Positions 12,810 through 24,335 of a stretch of 64,000 nt of DNA are shown here, in pieces. Within the stretch, counting starts at the first letter, position 1. Each line of letters opens with the position of its first letter. Below the pieces are notes generated by a model. It saw only the letters and a program-made list of their open reading frames with translations. It was not told where the DNA came from and did not search any database. Made by a program: the position numbers and the translations under genes. This stretch comes from Gracilinanus agilis (Eukaryota), in assembly GCF_016433145.1 (NCBI RefSeq), contig NC_058130.1, forward strand, positions 422,999,208-423,063,207, in the 5' to 3' direction.

Positions 12810-13560
12810 TTTATTTCCATAGTCCCTTATTATATACAATTTTTATTGCATCATGGGCTGAAAAGGATATATTTAACATTTCTGCTTTTCCATGTTTAAG
12901 TATAATGTTTTTGTGCCTTAATGTTTGGCCAATTTTTGTAAAGTATCATGTTCTGCTGAGAAGAAGGTATATTCCTTTCTATTACCATTTAATTTTCTCC
13001 AGATATCTATCATATTTATCTTATCTAAGCATCTAGTCATACTTTAAATTTTTTATTATTTATTTTTTGGTTGTATTTATCTATTTCTGAGCAAGGAAAA
13101 TTGACATCCCCCACTATTATTGTTTTGTTATCTATTTCCACCTGTAACTCATTTAGGTTTGCCTTTAAAAATTTGGATACTATGCCATTTAGTCCATATA
13201 GATTTAATACTAAAAAGGCTTCATTATCTATGGTACCTTTTAACAATATAGTTTCCCTAGTATTCTCTTTTGTTTAAATCTGTTTCAGCTTTATCTTTGT
13301 CAGAGATCATGATTGCTACCCCTGCTTCCTTTGTATCAGTTGAGGCATAGTATGCCAGCCCTTTATTTTTACTCCCTTCTAGGAATACCTTCTTTTCCTT
13401 ATCCCTTTACCCTCTTTTCTCTTAATCTATACTACCTTCTCTTAGTTTCTTAGTTTCTTTAGGGGACTTTTGGTCCTTCCCTCATCCTATCCTCTCACTC
13501 TCCTATTCCTCTGTAAGTTACACAATCCTCTTCCCAAGATGAGTATAGAATTTTATAACC
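12810..13560 (-). mobile_element. Old L1 fragment (ORF2 endonuclease and upstream inter-ORF region)
   Basis: ORF 13037-13246(-): LNLYGLNGIVSKFLK...IDNKTIIVGDVN. Confidence 0.85.
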
Positions 13561-13656
13561 AATAAATGACATTTTAACCTCATGAATAAAACCCAAATGT
13601 CCATTTGAAATCTCACTTATTACTTTCCATCTCTTTGTCCTCACAAAACATGGTAG

Positions 13657-13755
13657 AAACTAGAACCATTTGCTACAAACTGCAAAGAAGCCATTACTTT
13701 TCTACAGAATTCCGTCTGTTCCCTGACCACAAACAAGACCCTAAGTACAGTGCAA
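13657..13755 (+). CDS. PLEKHG4B: Coding exon C, KLEPFATNCKEAITFLQNSVCSLTTNKTLSTVQ
   Basis: catggtag|AAA...CAA|gtaagt; 99 nt, phase 0-0; matches recalled human RLEHFAANCEEAIIFLQNSFCSL. Confidence 0.9.
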
Positions 13756-15012
13756 GTAAGTAAGCATTTATCTTATTTAAAAAGATGATAAGGTTTTGGT
13801 TCTAAAAGCAAAAAGACCTTTACTAAAGTCTAGTTTCTAAGAGTAGGAGGCTTGTTTTAGGGGCCAATGTTTATCAGAAATGTGATATCCAACTTTTAGT
13901 TTTCTTGCTTACCCGTTGCAGTCATCCTCAAACATTTTTGGTTTGTGAACATTTCAAATGGCAGAATGATTTCCATAAGGAACTTAGCTACCTCTGTTTC
14001 TACCATTTAGTATACCTGTTCCAACTCATGTAAATAAATCTTTCCCAAAAGAAGGCATTATTTTTGGTGTGTCAACAATGTGTCAGTGAAATGCATCATT
14101 TCTTGAGATGGAACTCATATTGTCCTCCTCCTAACTTGTAATGGGACCAGGCACTTTCCTTCCTTACCTGCTAGCTGATAAGAATAGGTACTCCACCTCC
14201 AGAACACTAGTCAGAGCTTCTAACTTGTGAGTTTGGATTATTATCTTTTTTAATGTAGTTATAATAGGGCTTTCTCTATTTATAAAAATCCCACATATAT
14301 TATAAATATTGGTAACTTTCCTCTAAAGATTCACCATTTCTTAACAAAATATAAATGTCAGGAAATTTGAGTAATCTGAAGTTAAATCTTATTGTCATCT
14401 TGCCTTTTCCTTTTGTCTTCTACTTGGGTATATATTGACTAGTATCTTACACTATAAATGAACCTGGTTTTCATTACAGATGTGTTCCAAAGAAGTTTTA
14501 TGTAAAATGAATTTTAAAAATAAAATCACTTTAATTCAATTCAAGTTAAATTAAAATCAATTCAAATTTTAAAAATAAAATCCCTACAAAGATCACTTTT
14601 TTTTCCTGACCAAATCTTTCTATGGAGTGACACTGGGATTTCTTTACCTGCATTAACTCTGCTACAACTAAAATCAATCAATCAATAAACATCATTGAAC
14701 ACTTACAACATGTCAGACACCATTCTAAGGGCTGAGAATACAAAAAGAGACAAAAGATAGTTCTTACCCTCAAGGAGTTTACAATCTAGTGGGAGAGTCA
14801 GCAAGCTAATAACTACATCCAAATACAGGTTAAATAGGAAATAATGGAGAGAAGGCACTGGAATTAAGAGCAGTTAGCTTCCTCCCATATAATAGTTGCT
14901 GTTTGATGGTGTTTGTCATTATTTCAAAGTTAGGAAGCACCTGAGTCTTAGATGTTGGTCCACACTTCAAAGCACTATCCAACAATACATTGTAGCTTTT
15001 ATACATTATATA

Positions 15013-15057
15013 ATATGTGTGTGTATATGTATGTATATATACACACAAACACACACA
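15013..15057. repeat. Compound (TG)/(TA)/(CA) microsatellite abutting the exon D acceptor
   Basis: atatgtgtgtgtatatgtatgtatatatacacacaaacacacaca. Confidence 0.9.
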
Positions 15058-15077
15058 TTTTTCTCCTCCACCATTAG

Positions 15078-15220
15078 GAAGTGGTAGAACTAATCAACAA
15101 ACACAAGACAATGATGAAGCTTGTTCTGGAAGATGTCCTTCTGGTAACTCTCCGCTTAGAAGGTGGCACAGTCCTGGCCAGGCTCCGGAAGGAAGACTTC
15201 TGTGGGACTGAAGATTATAG
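15078..15220 (+). CDS. PLEKHG4B: Coding exon D, EVVELINKHKTMMKLVLEDVLLVTLRLEGGTVLARLRKEDFCGTEDY(R)
   Basis: ttctcctccaccattag|GAA...AG|gtaagt; 143 nt, phase 0-2; LRLEGGTVLARLR family motif. Confidence 0.94.
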
Positions 15221-15991
15221 GTAAGTAAATGGATGATTTCAAAGCAGTATTGGATGGGAGCCAAAATTTCATATTAATCAAGAATGAGAATTTGCAAGAA
15301 TAGTGCTTAACATCATATACTAGACCACATACAGCTGCATTACTTAGAGACTTTTCTCCCCCAAAGAGCAGTTGTGAGAGATGCAGCCCAAACCTCCCTA
15401 CCCCTTGAAACCATAATCCTCACAGATTGGCAGGGCCAGTCCTCATCTGCATCTATGTATATAAAACAAAAGCAAGTTAATTTTATTTAAATCCTCAAAT
15501 AGAAGAAAAAGGAGAACTCATCGTATTTTCCATACAGAGTCAGAGGCCCTCTTTGGTTATGAATGAATTCTCCTTTGTTATCTAATATTCCAACTTGATT
15601 TCGTCTTGGGAAACTCTTCCCCGCCTACCTAAATTCTTCTTGCCATTTCAATTAGACATGGAATTCATCTTTGCTCCATGCTGCTCAAGAGTCATTGTTT
15701 CTCCTCCAAGGAGACTGCATTTCAGGATGGGTGATTTTCCTTCAAACACATGCACATATATATGAGAATGAAAGGCTCATTGTTTGGTCATGGCTTTGTC
15801 TAGAGGCATCATGTATGGGCTTTCAAGGATGACTTAGTTTCCAAAATTTAGGATTTGTCTTGCTCTGAGTCACTGTTGCACTGGCATATTCCTACACCCT
15901 TCCCAGAAGTCTTCAAAGAAGCTGTTTCTCTTTGTGGCAGGCCTGTCTGAATAGTGCTATGCATTGACTGCTGTTATCTTCTCTTCATCAG

Positions 15992-16130
15992 AGATGCTAT
16001 GGAAGCTATAACCAGACTATATAATCAAGTAGATGAAGAGGTCCATAGGCTAGTCCTGTCATCTAATAAGTGTCTTCAGCAGCTGGAGAACCTACAGGAA
16101 TTAAGAAAGCTTGAGGAAGGGTGTAACCAG
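15992..16130 (+). CDS. PLEKHG4B: Coding exon E (spectrin-like), DAMEAITRLYNQVDEEVHRLVLSSNKCLQQLENLQELRKLEEGCNQ
   Basis: cttctcttcatcag|A...CAG|gtcagt; 139 nt, phase 2-0; LYxxVDEEVHRLVL matches the human protein. Confidence 0.94.
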
Positions 16131-17367
16131 GTCAGTACTCTTTTGGGGGACAAAATAAATGAGAAGCATCCAAGCCTCTGGCTTTTACTCTAGTCATTTA
16201 TGCCTTTATTACATAACTACAATTTGAAAGAATAATTGACACACTAATATTTATTTTTAAAACATTTTATTTTGGCTGATTTCTTACCTTCAGACTTCCA
16301 GCCCTGATCACCAAGGGAATCATTCCTAAGACTGCCACCTTTTTTCTTTTATCTCTGAGGGTCTAAATTAACTTCAAGGTTCCTTTAATCCTTGATGTTT
16401 TCCATTATAACATCATTGTGAGCATCTGGTAAGCCATTGTCCCTTCTTGAAGGCAGCTATCCCCTGAGGATTGGAGAGAATATCTTACTATTTCTTGTAA
16501 CAGATTGATGTCAATCCAAAAGGTTTGCTTCTAAATTAAAAAAAAACAAAAACAAAAACTTTAGATTCTAATTGCAGATGTATCATAGGCAGAAGATAGA
16601 GGGGGAGACAAAATAGCTAAGTGTGTAAATCCCTGGACAGGCTGAGGGTTTGTCATCTTTTGTAAAGGAAGTTCTGCCCTACCTTTCACAGAGAACATTA
16701 AAGGCTTAATGATTGTTCCTATGGCATGTATGACATCTTTGACCATTTTAGATTAGATATATGATTTCCTTAGTGTGTTCTTGTTGTCATTCAGGCATTC
16801 CAATTGGGTTGGACTGGACTCCATATGGGTTTTTCTTGGCATAGCTACTGGAGTGGTTTGCCATTTTCTTCTCTAGCTCATTTTACAGATGAAGAAATTG
16901 AAGCCTGCAAGGGCTAAGTGACTTGCTCAGGGTTACACAGCTAATAAGGGTCTGAAGTCATATTTGAAATCAGATCTTCCTGATTCCAGGCTCAGCATTC
17001 TATCCACCATGCTGCCCTTCTCTAATGTAGGGAACTTCCAATGAGGAAATTCCCTTTAGTAAAGCACCTGCTTGGCGACTTCTATTATTAGAGAAGAATT
17101 GAGGGTGCCAAGATGTTAAGTGACTTACCTGTGTTCAAATATCTAGTAAGTTTTTAAAAACTAAAAATATCTATTTGTCTAGGAAGAATGATCTGATTCC
17201 ACAATGAAACAAGTAAGACTATTTACTAAGAGCAGAGGACCAACCTATCCATGTGATTCTCTCCAGAGTATAGAAATAGCTCATATTTTATCATATTTTG
17301 CCATGTACCTTGGGCCAAGGTCCTAAATGCACTGAAAAAATTTTTTAAATATTCTTTTCCTATTTAG

Positions 17368-17484
17368 ATTAAATTATGGTTTGAAAATGAGCGAGAAAAA
17401 TACCTTGGCCCTTTGGAGCTACTTTCTCTAGAGAATGTGAAGAAAAAGCAAGAAGAATTTCGGGTATTTGGTGACATGGTGATG
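17368..17484 (+). CDS. PLEKHG4B: Coding exon F (spectrin-repeat start), IKLWFENEREKYLGPLELLSLENVKKKQEEFRVFGDMVM
   Basis: attcttttcctatttag|ATT...ATG|gtaggt; 117 nt, phase 0-0, open; spectrin-type W near the start; aligns by eye to PLEKHG4 VLCWLSGPGEEQL...ELRFRAFSAEV; not in the ORF track. Confidence 0.8.
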
Positions 17485-17588
17485 GTAGGTATTATCAAAT
17501 GGGTCACGGTCACTCCTGTTGTAGTCTTCACAAGTGTTCTTTTCTACCATTATCATCCTTCTGTTATGTTTTGATATCATCACATAGG

Positions 17589-17804
17589 GGTTTTTTTTTT
17601 GTTTTTTTTTTAAACCCTTACCTTCTGTCTTGGAACCAATACTATGTATTGGTTCCAAGGCAGAAGAGTGGTAAGGGTAGGCAATGGGGGTCAAATGACT
17701 TGCCCAGGGTCACACAGCTGGGAAGTGTCTGAGGCCAGATTTGAACCTAGGACCTCCTGTCTCTAGGCCTGGCTCTCAGTCCACTGAGCCACCCAGCTGC
17801 CCCC
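17589..17804 (-). mobile_element. SINE1_Mdo-type SINE about 105 nt after exon F
   Basis: T-tail then aaacccttaccttctgtcttggaacc...cccagctgcccc; TSD catcacatagg at 17578 and 17805. Confidence 0.9.
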
Positions 17805-19249
17805 CATCACATAGGTTTTTAAAGGGAAATCTGAATTTGCTTTGTACCTCTAATCAGTAATTTAATATGATTTTTCCTGAGAGATAGGATTGTACTTATC
17901 TCTATTATTAATACCACAGTATCAGTTAAATACATATGTGAATTAAATGGTATAAAGATGTTTAAGTGGCATCAGTTTATATTCATCAAATTTTACAACT
18001 AACTATTATAGTAATTAAATGCCTTAGGCACAAAATCTACTCTATATCTTATAACAAAGGAAAAAAGGCATCAACAATATGAATATAAATAACCATAAAC
18101 AGTATCTCTTTGGCTCAAAAAATCAAAATTGATTAAGTGCTAGACCCTAGTCCAAAGATATCAGCTAAACCTTCCCTGTCTTCAAAGAATATGTGTCTAC
18201 ATATAAGCATATGCAAAATATATCTGAAATGAATACAAGATAATTTAGGGAGCCACAGTAAGGTAGGGGAAGTGGGGTCAGGAAAGACCTCTTTCCTTGA
18301 GATGAGGTTGGGCTAAGATTTGAAGGAAACCAAATGGAAATGAGGAAGAAGTACAGTATAGACATGAGGGCAACCTGAGCAAAGGTAGAGACATAAGAGA
18401 TAGAATGTAAAGTGTGAGGCTAATTAGCTAATTAGCAAGAAGGCTAATTTCTTAGCAATAGGATGTTATATAGTTTGGATTGAAAAAGAAAGGTCAAGGA
18501 TGATGAGGCCTGAAATTTGGCAAGTAGTCATTGTTTACCTTTGGGATAAGTAGCAGAAGATCCCAAATCAGAGTTGGAGGAAACATACTGTAGGGTCTTG
18601 GGCCACAAGAATTCTGTTCATTCAACCTGTTGAGAATAAAAGTAATAAATTCCATGATCTGATATTAGATGACATTTGGTTAGGAGGCTATCAAAAAAGG
18701 TCATTTTTGTTTTAATATGACACATTTCTGATCACTTTTAGAGAATTTCAAGCTGGAAGGAATCTGAGTTCCTATACTCCCTTCTCTTCATTTTACAAAT
18801 GAGGAAATCAAGGGCCAAAGAGATAAAGTGTCTTCCCCCACATTTACAGAGAAAGTAAGGGACAGAACTGAGATTTGAATCCAATATGTGTGATGCCAAA
18901 TGTAGCATGGCTCCTGCTTCTTTGTTCCATTAATGGACACTGACAGTGGTGTGGTGGGTAGAAAGTTGTCCTCAGAATGAAGTTTGATCTGGGACCAAGT
19001 CCTGATTGATTCATGCTGACTATGTGACCATGGGCATTTCATTTAAACTCTGAGCACCTCTAGCAACTCTTCCAGAATAAAATTTGTGAAGAGAACCCCA
19101 ATATGAATTGGTAGAGGAAATCTTCCATTGGTAATTCTCTACATTAATGAAATCACAGATCCAGTTTTGTTTTGTTTTTTAAAGAGTGGTAATGGTGGCT
19201 TTTATGAAACTTATAATGGTAAAAGAAAAAAAGGAAACAAGTGTGAAAG

Positions 19250-19800
19250 GCATTATAGAGACAAAATTGAAGGACTTGGCAACCCAGCTGAAAGTGGTCA
19301 GTGACAGAAGGAGGAAAAGTCAAACACTAAGATTTCAAAAGTAATAAAGGGATATATTCTGGTGGAAATATCTATTAGGCACTAGGAAAAGCGACAGTAG
19401 AGTCCAGGAGAAAAATTAGGACTGGAGATATAGATATAGGAGTCAATTCCGTAAGTGAAATAGTTAAAGATGTGAGAATAAGTGAAAGTGCCTGGAAAGA
19501 GAAGAGGTGCAAGGAAAGAACCTTGGGGAAACATACCCTTCCCCATAAAGAACTAGGAAGATAAAGAGGATCCAACAAAGGAGACTAAAAGAAGAGGTAA
19601 GAGAAATAGGAGAAAGATCATTAGACTGTATGGTCATTGAAGCTAACATAGCCAGAAGGAGAAGGTGATTGTTTTACATTTTTAGAAGCTCCCAAGAAGT
19701 CAGGGGGTAACAAGAACTAAAAAGAGGATCCTGGATTTAGCAAGAAGCCATTGATGATTTTGAGGAAAGTAGTATGGGTTCAGTATAATGTTGGAGAAAA
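19250..19800 (-). mobile_element. L2 LINE RT fragment
   Basis: Minus strand contains a degenerate YADDSQIYISSP region; purine-rich plus strand typical of antisense L2. Confidence 0.7.
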
Positions 19801-19903
19801 TTCATGGTGGCATCTTGGGCCATTTTTTGTTTAGCCTATTGAGAACAAAACTAATAAGTTCTATAGTTTGGCTATAGCTGATATTTTGTTCTTTATGCTG
19901 TAG

Positions 19904-20068
19904 CAATATTGTAGAAAAGGACTACAATTGGTAAAAGATAATAACTCACCAAATATGGAAGAAAAAATCCAGAACTTCAAAAGATACCTGAATGATATCA
20001 TCAGTCAAACAGAGAGAAGGAAAGGGGAGCTGGAGAAGTTGGCAAATCTCTATGAATTTTATGAGACG
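19904..20068 (+). CDS. PLEKHG4B: Coding exon G, QYCRKGLQLVKDNNSPNMEEKIQNFKRYLNDIISQTERRKGELEKLANLYEFYET
   Basis: ttctttatgctgtag|CAA...ACG|gtaaga; 165 nt, phase 0-0; matches recalled human QSCQKGLQLAKENPQRTEEMVQDF. Confidence 0.92.
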
Positions 20069-21769
20069 GTAAGAGAATCTATACAGCTTAAGGGAAAATG
20101 TGGAGGAAATGACTTTTTTTTCGTGATTTTTTTAACTTAATAAACTCTAATACCTCTCAAAGTCCTAGTCTAGACCTTATCCTGGTATGGAGCTAAGCCT
20201 GTACCCTATGTCCACAGAGCCCAAGCTCTGGCTGGCTGTATGAAGTTAGAATAGCTTCACGTACAGTCCCTTCTGATTGATTCTTCTGTCTAGAACCTAG
20301 CTGAGTACAGAGAGATGTGGCACCAGTAGCCCAGCCAGGTAATAATGCAATGGTTGGGTCACCTCAACCCATGAATCAAAGAAAAAATAAAATCTTCTTC
20401 CCTGTATAGTCTCCCTCTGCTTCTACAAGTTTGAAGCCATCTCTAAACATTAACTTAATTGTGTTTCACCTAAATTTGCTATCTTTGTCCAATGACCAAA
20501 GAATTTGTATATTGTTGTAGGAAGTGAACTTCATCACTATTACCACAAAAGGTTAAATGACTTAGAGGAGGTGCAGCTCAGTGGATACAGGACTAGGCCC
20601 GTAGACAGAAGGTCCTGGGTTCAAATGTGGCCTCAGGTGCTTCCAAGCTGTGCAATCCTGGGGAAGTCATTTAATCCCAATTGCCTAGCCCTTGCCTTCT
20701 GTGTTAGAGTTGTTACTTAGCCAGAAAGTAAGGTTTGTTTTGTTTTAAAAATGACCTAGAGGAAACATCTAGCATGTTGAGGATTCACATCTAGCATGAG
20801 GGATTGTGAGACTGCATGGACAAGAATCACTCAGTGGATGGAATATGATCAGTAACAAGGGAGAGGTTCTTTATATTAGTGAAATCAAAAAATACTATTT
20901 AAGTATTGCTACTGAGTTGAAATATAATCATTCTCCTAACTCAAAACAAGTACTAATTTAGCCATAAGTAGAGATAGTTTCTTCTCAATTCCACAGTGCT
21001 AACTTTAGAAAAACATATTGAACATTATACCAAGTTACCCTGAATAAACAAATCTTTTCTATTAATCAATGAAGTCCCATAATTTCATGTATTGCCTCAA
21101 ATGCTTTGGGTAATCCTAACAACCAATTCAACATATAGCCACCAACTCATCCTCCATTCTTCCCTTCCCTGGACTGCCAGTGCCAAAGTTTGCCAAAAGT
21201 TACTCAAGAAGAGATTCCCTTTAAGTGACAGAAGCTGTAAGGAGGAACAAGAAAGTCCTAGCTTTATGAGTCAGGTTCCACTCTAGCACTGACACCAAAC
21301 TATGGCCATAGATAAGTCACTGAACTTTTCTTGGTCTTTGTTTTCTCCTTTTTATGAGGAGGGATTTGGATTAGGTAACTTTGAAAGTCCTTTTCCATCG
21401 TAAAGTTCTACAGTTCTGAAACTAGCCCCTTATTTTCATGCTAATTGGTCAGTGCTTTTTACTACTAGAAGTGGGGACTGAGAGTAAATTCTCTGTCAGC
21501 TATATAGTAGCAAAGACCAATTCACTGAGGACTTTTCTCAAATGACTCATGTGAAAGTTTTTGCTGAGAATTAATAGTAAGTCTTTTTATACTGTTTACA
21601 TCATATAAATTCCTCATTTACCTGTTTGCAGGCTGAGAAATGCATAGAAAGAGTATCGGCCAACTGGCCCACTTTACTTTGAAGTGTCTCAGAAAATAGG
21701 AGCATTGTTTACGTGCATGTAATTTATAGAAGCTCTGATTAATCTATACTTTCTTTTCTGGTAACACAG

Positions 21770-22653
21770 GCAAACAGATGGATGCTCCATTGCAATGAGT
21801 ATCTTGAACATCTCTCTCTGGAGACTAATTATTCTCCATCAGTGATCGAGTATTTAAAAAGCTATCATCAAGAAGCTACGAAAGTGTCTGCTGAAAACTT
21901 CCACAAAGTGAATGAGATGGTACTGGGCCTTGGTAGCAAGAAGGAGCAGAAACAATGGAATATTTTATGGCTGAAATGTCAGCAGACCAAGCATCATTTA
22001 GAAGAGGTCCTCTCTGAAGCCATCCGTGGTTCTGGCAGACAGTCTTTCAGCCAGGGTCCCCTCGAGTCTAGTCCAAAAGGAGAACGTGAGTTTGTCATTG
22101 ATGGTCTGAGGAAACATGCTCAGTCTCCTGGACTTCTTCTTACTAATCTTGACAGTAGCCTTTGGGAAAATAATGGACTGTTGTTCTCCCAGCGAGCTAG
22201 TTTCTCTGGAATACAGGCTCTTTCAGAGCAAGAGGGGCCAAGTTCAGGAATGTTTACTCCTCTTAGCACCTCGCCCTCACCAAGTCTTACTCCACTGTTG
22301 GGGGGGCTCCCCAGAACTGGTCCTCTCTTGGAGGACATGGATAACATCTCTACTTGCTACTCTGAACCCATCCAGTCCCCAACTACCCGCCATAGGAAAC
22401 ACCCCTTCAAGAAGATCATGAAGAAGACACAAAGCTTTGAACTTCCTCAGCTCGATAGCAGCCCCAGTGAGCTGCACCGGCACGGATACACTGGTGTTTA
22501 TATAAAAGGGCTGGAGGTGGCCAGTAATGTGGCCGCTGAGAAAAAACATGGACAAAGGCCAAACGTTAAGAGCCCTCTGGTCAGTAGGAACCGAAGCTTG
22601 TCATCCCCTTCCAGGATTCATCATACTGAGGAGGAAAGAAAGAGAGTAGGAAG
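21770..22653 (+). CDS. PLEKHG4B: Coding exon H (884 nt; end of spectrin-like region plus Ser/Pro-rich linker), ANRWMLHCNEY...HTEEERKRVG(S)
   Basis: ttcttttctggtaacacag|GCA...AG|gtgaga; phase 0-2; same frame as ORF 21782..22657; KKTQSFE and KGLEVxSxVAxEKK match the human protein. Confidence 0.95.
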
Positions 22654-23711
22654 GTGAGAAATGACCACTACTCAATCCTCTGAACCTAGAAAGGAGAGGA
22701 TTTTAGAAACATGTAAACTGTAAATGCATCCATGCTTTTCTACAAAGTAAAAACTGAGATGCTTAGCTCTAGGACTTCAAACATCCTGGTCAGACAGAAA
22801 AGGGCATGAGCTTAGTTTGAATCAGCGGGTATGTTCAGAAATATTTTCCTGATTTTTTTAAGATGGAGATCAGTGAAAATATTTCCTTTTTGCTCTCTTT
22901 TTTCCTTGTGGTGTAGAGACCCACAAATACTAACTAACTGATCTTTAAGCTGATAATTATACAGACATTGGACCAGACTGGTTTTTCTGGTCTAGATGGA
23001 GAAAATACAGTTAGCAAACCAACTTCATGATTTGAAAATGAGTATTATTAAAAAAACAACATATTTTTCTTTACTTCTAAGTGCCAAGAGGTAAGAAGTT
23101 TGTGTACAATTTTTTCTGTTGCACTATATCTCTTGAAGGAGTAAATTGTGATTTATCAAACTGTAAGGTATTTGTAAAGAATCTGACAGTGAAAATAAGG
23201 ATAAAGATAATCCACCAGTGGCTAAGAAATTTAGACCATAACTCTGGATTCAACTTGAATTTCAGTTTTCACATCATTTTGTTTTCTCGTTTGAACCTCT
23301 TTATCAGCAGTCTGAATATCTTCCATTAGTGGCTTTGGGTTTGGTTGGTTAAGTTCAAGAGGAAAGTATTTTTCATTAGGGCATAAAATGGTACTTTAGT
23401 CCAAAATGAGGGTGATTATGTCAGAGCAATAATTATAGCAATAGGCTAACAATTTAGGACATCTGAATGGCAAAGCACAAAAACAACCACAAAACACATA
23501 CATACACCTAAGATTGATAAATGTCTATATTTTAAAGAAATAATAAATCAGACAACTCACAAGTATTTATTAAGTGTTTACTTTGTGCCAAGCACTAGGC
23601 ACTTGGGATACAGACAAAATTGCAGCTGTTCTTGCCCTCAAGGAACTTTCATTCTACAGGGGGAAATTTTTTAACATAGAAGAATATGCAAAATTAGTAA
23701 AAAGGTATGAT

Positions 23712-23849
23712 NNNNNNNNNNNNNNNNNNNNNNNNNNNNNNNNNNNNNNNNNNNNNNNNNNNNNNNNNNNNNNNNNNNNNNNNNNNNNNNNNNNNNNNNN
23801 NNNNNNNNNNNNNNNNNNNNNNNNNNNNNNNNNNNNNNNNNNNNNNNNN
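23712..23849. other. Assembly gap (138 N)
   Basis: Run of N in intron H-I among L2-like fragments; exon H joins exon I in phase, so no obligatory exon is hidden. Confidence 0.99.
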
Positions 23850-23999
23850 TTATTAATAAATGTTAAAAAAATGATTGAACAAAAAAAAAGTAAGCAAAAT
23901 ACTTTCAGTTTAATGCATTGAGCCTTTATTGAGTACTTACCATTTGCCAAGGCACTGTACTGTTTCCCATAACAACCGTATGAAGATAGTATTATATTA

Positions 24000-24335
24000 T
24001 CCCATCATTGACCCCATTCTGTCTAATCTGCAAGTTTTCCCTAACTGCTAGTTTCTTCTCTGCTTCTAACAAACACATCCAAGGCTACCTGCCATTTTTT
24101 AAAACGCCTGACTATGCCAGCTATCATCCTTTATCTCTCCTCCCCTGCTCAGCTAAACTCATTGAAAAAACTGGGTACATTCAGTGCTGCTATATCCTCC
24201 CACTCTTGTAAACTCTTTCTGCTTTCCAGCTTCTGACCTCATCATTCAACCAAAATCGTCCCCTCCAAGGTTACCAATGGTGTCTTAATTGTCCTATCAC
24301 AACTAGCCTTTTCTCAATCCTCATCCTTCTTTATT
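24000..24335 (+). mobile_element. L2 LINE RT fragment
   Basis: Degenerate YxPISLLPxSAKLxEK...HHSTxxxLSKVTN...LxSILILL. Confidence 0.75.

Noticed and set aside
22116-22555. Overlapping ORFs 22116-22421(+), 22120-22347(-), 22277-22555(-), and similar shadows over exons B, K and M
   Set aside because: Alternative-frame or antisense shadows of real coding exons.
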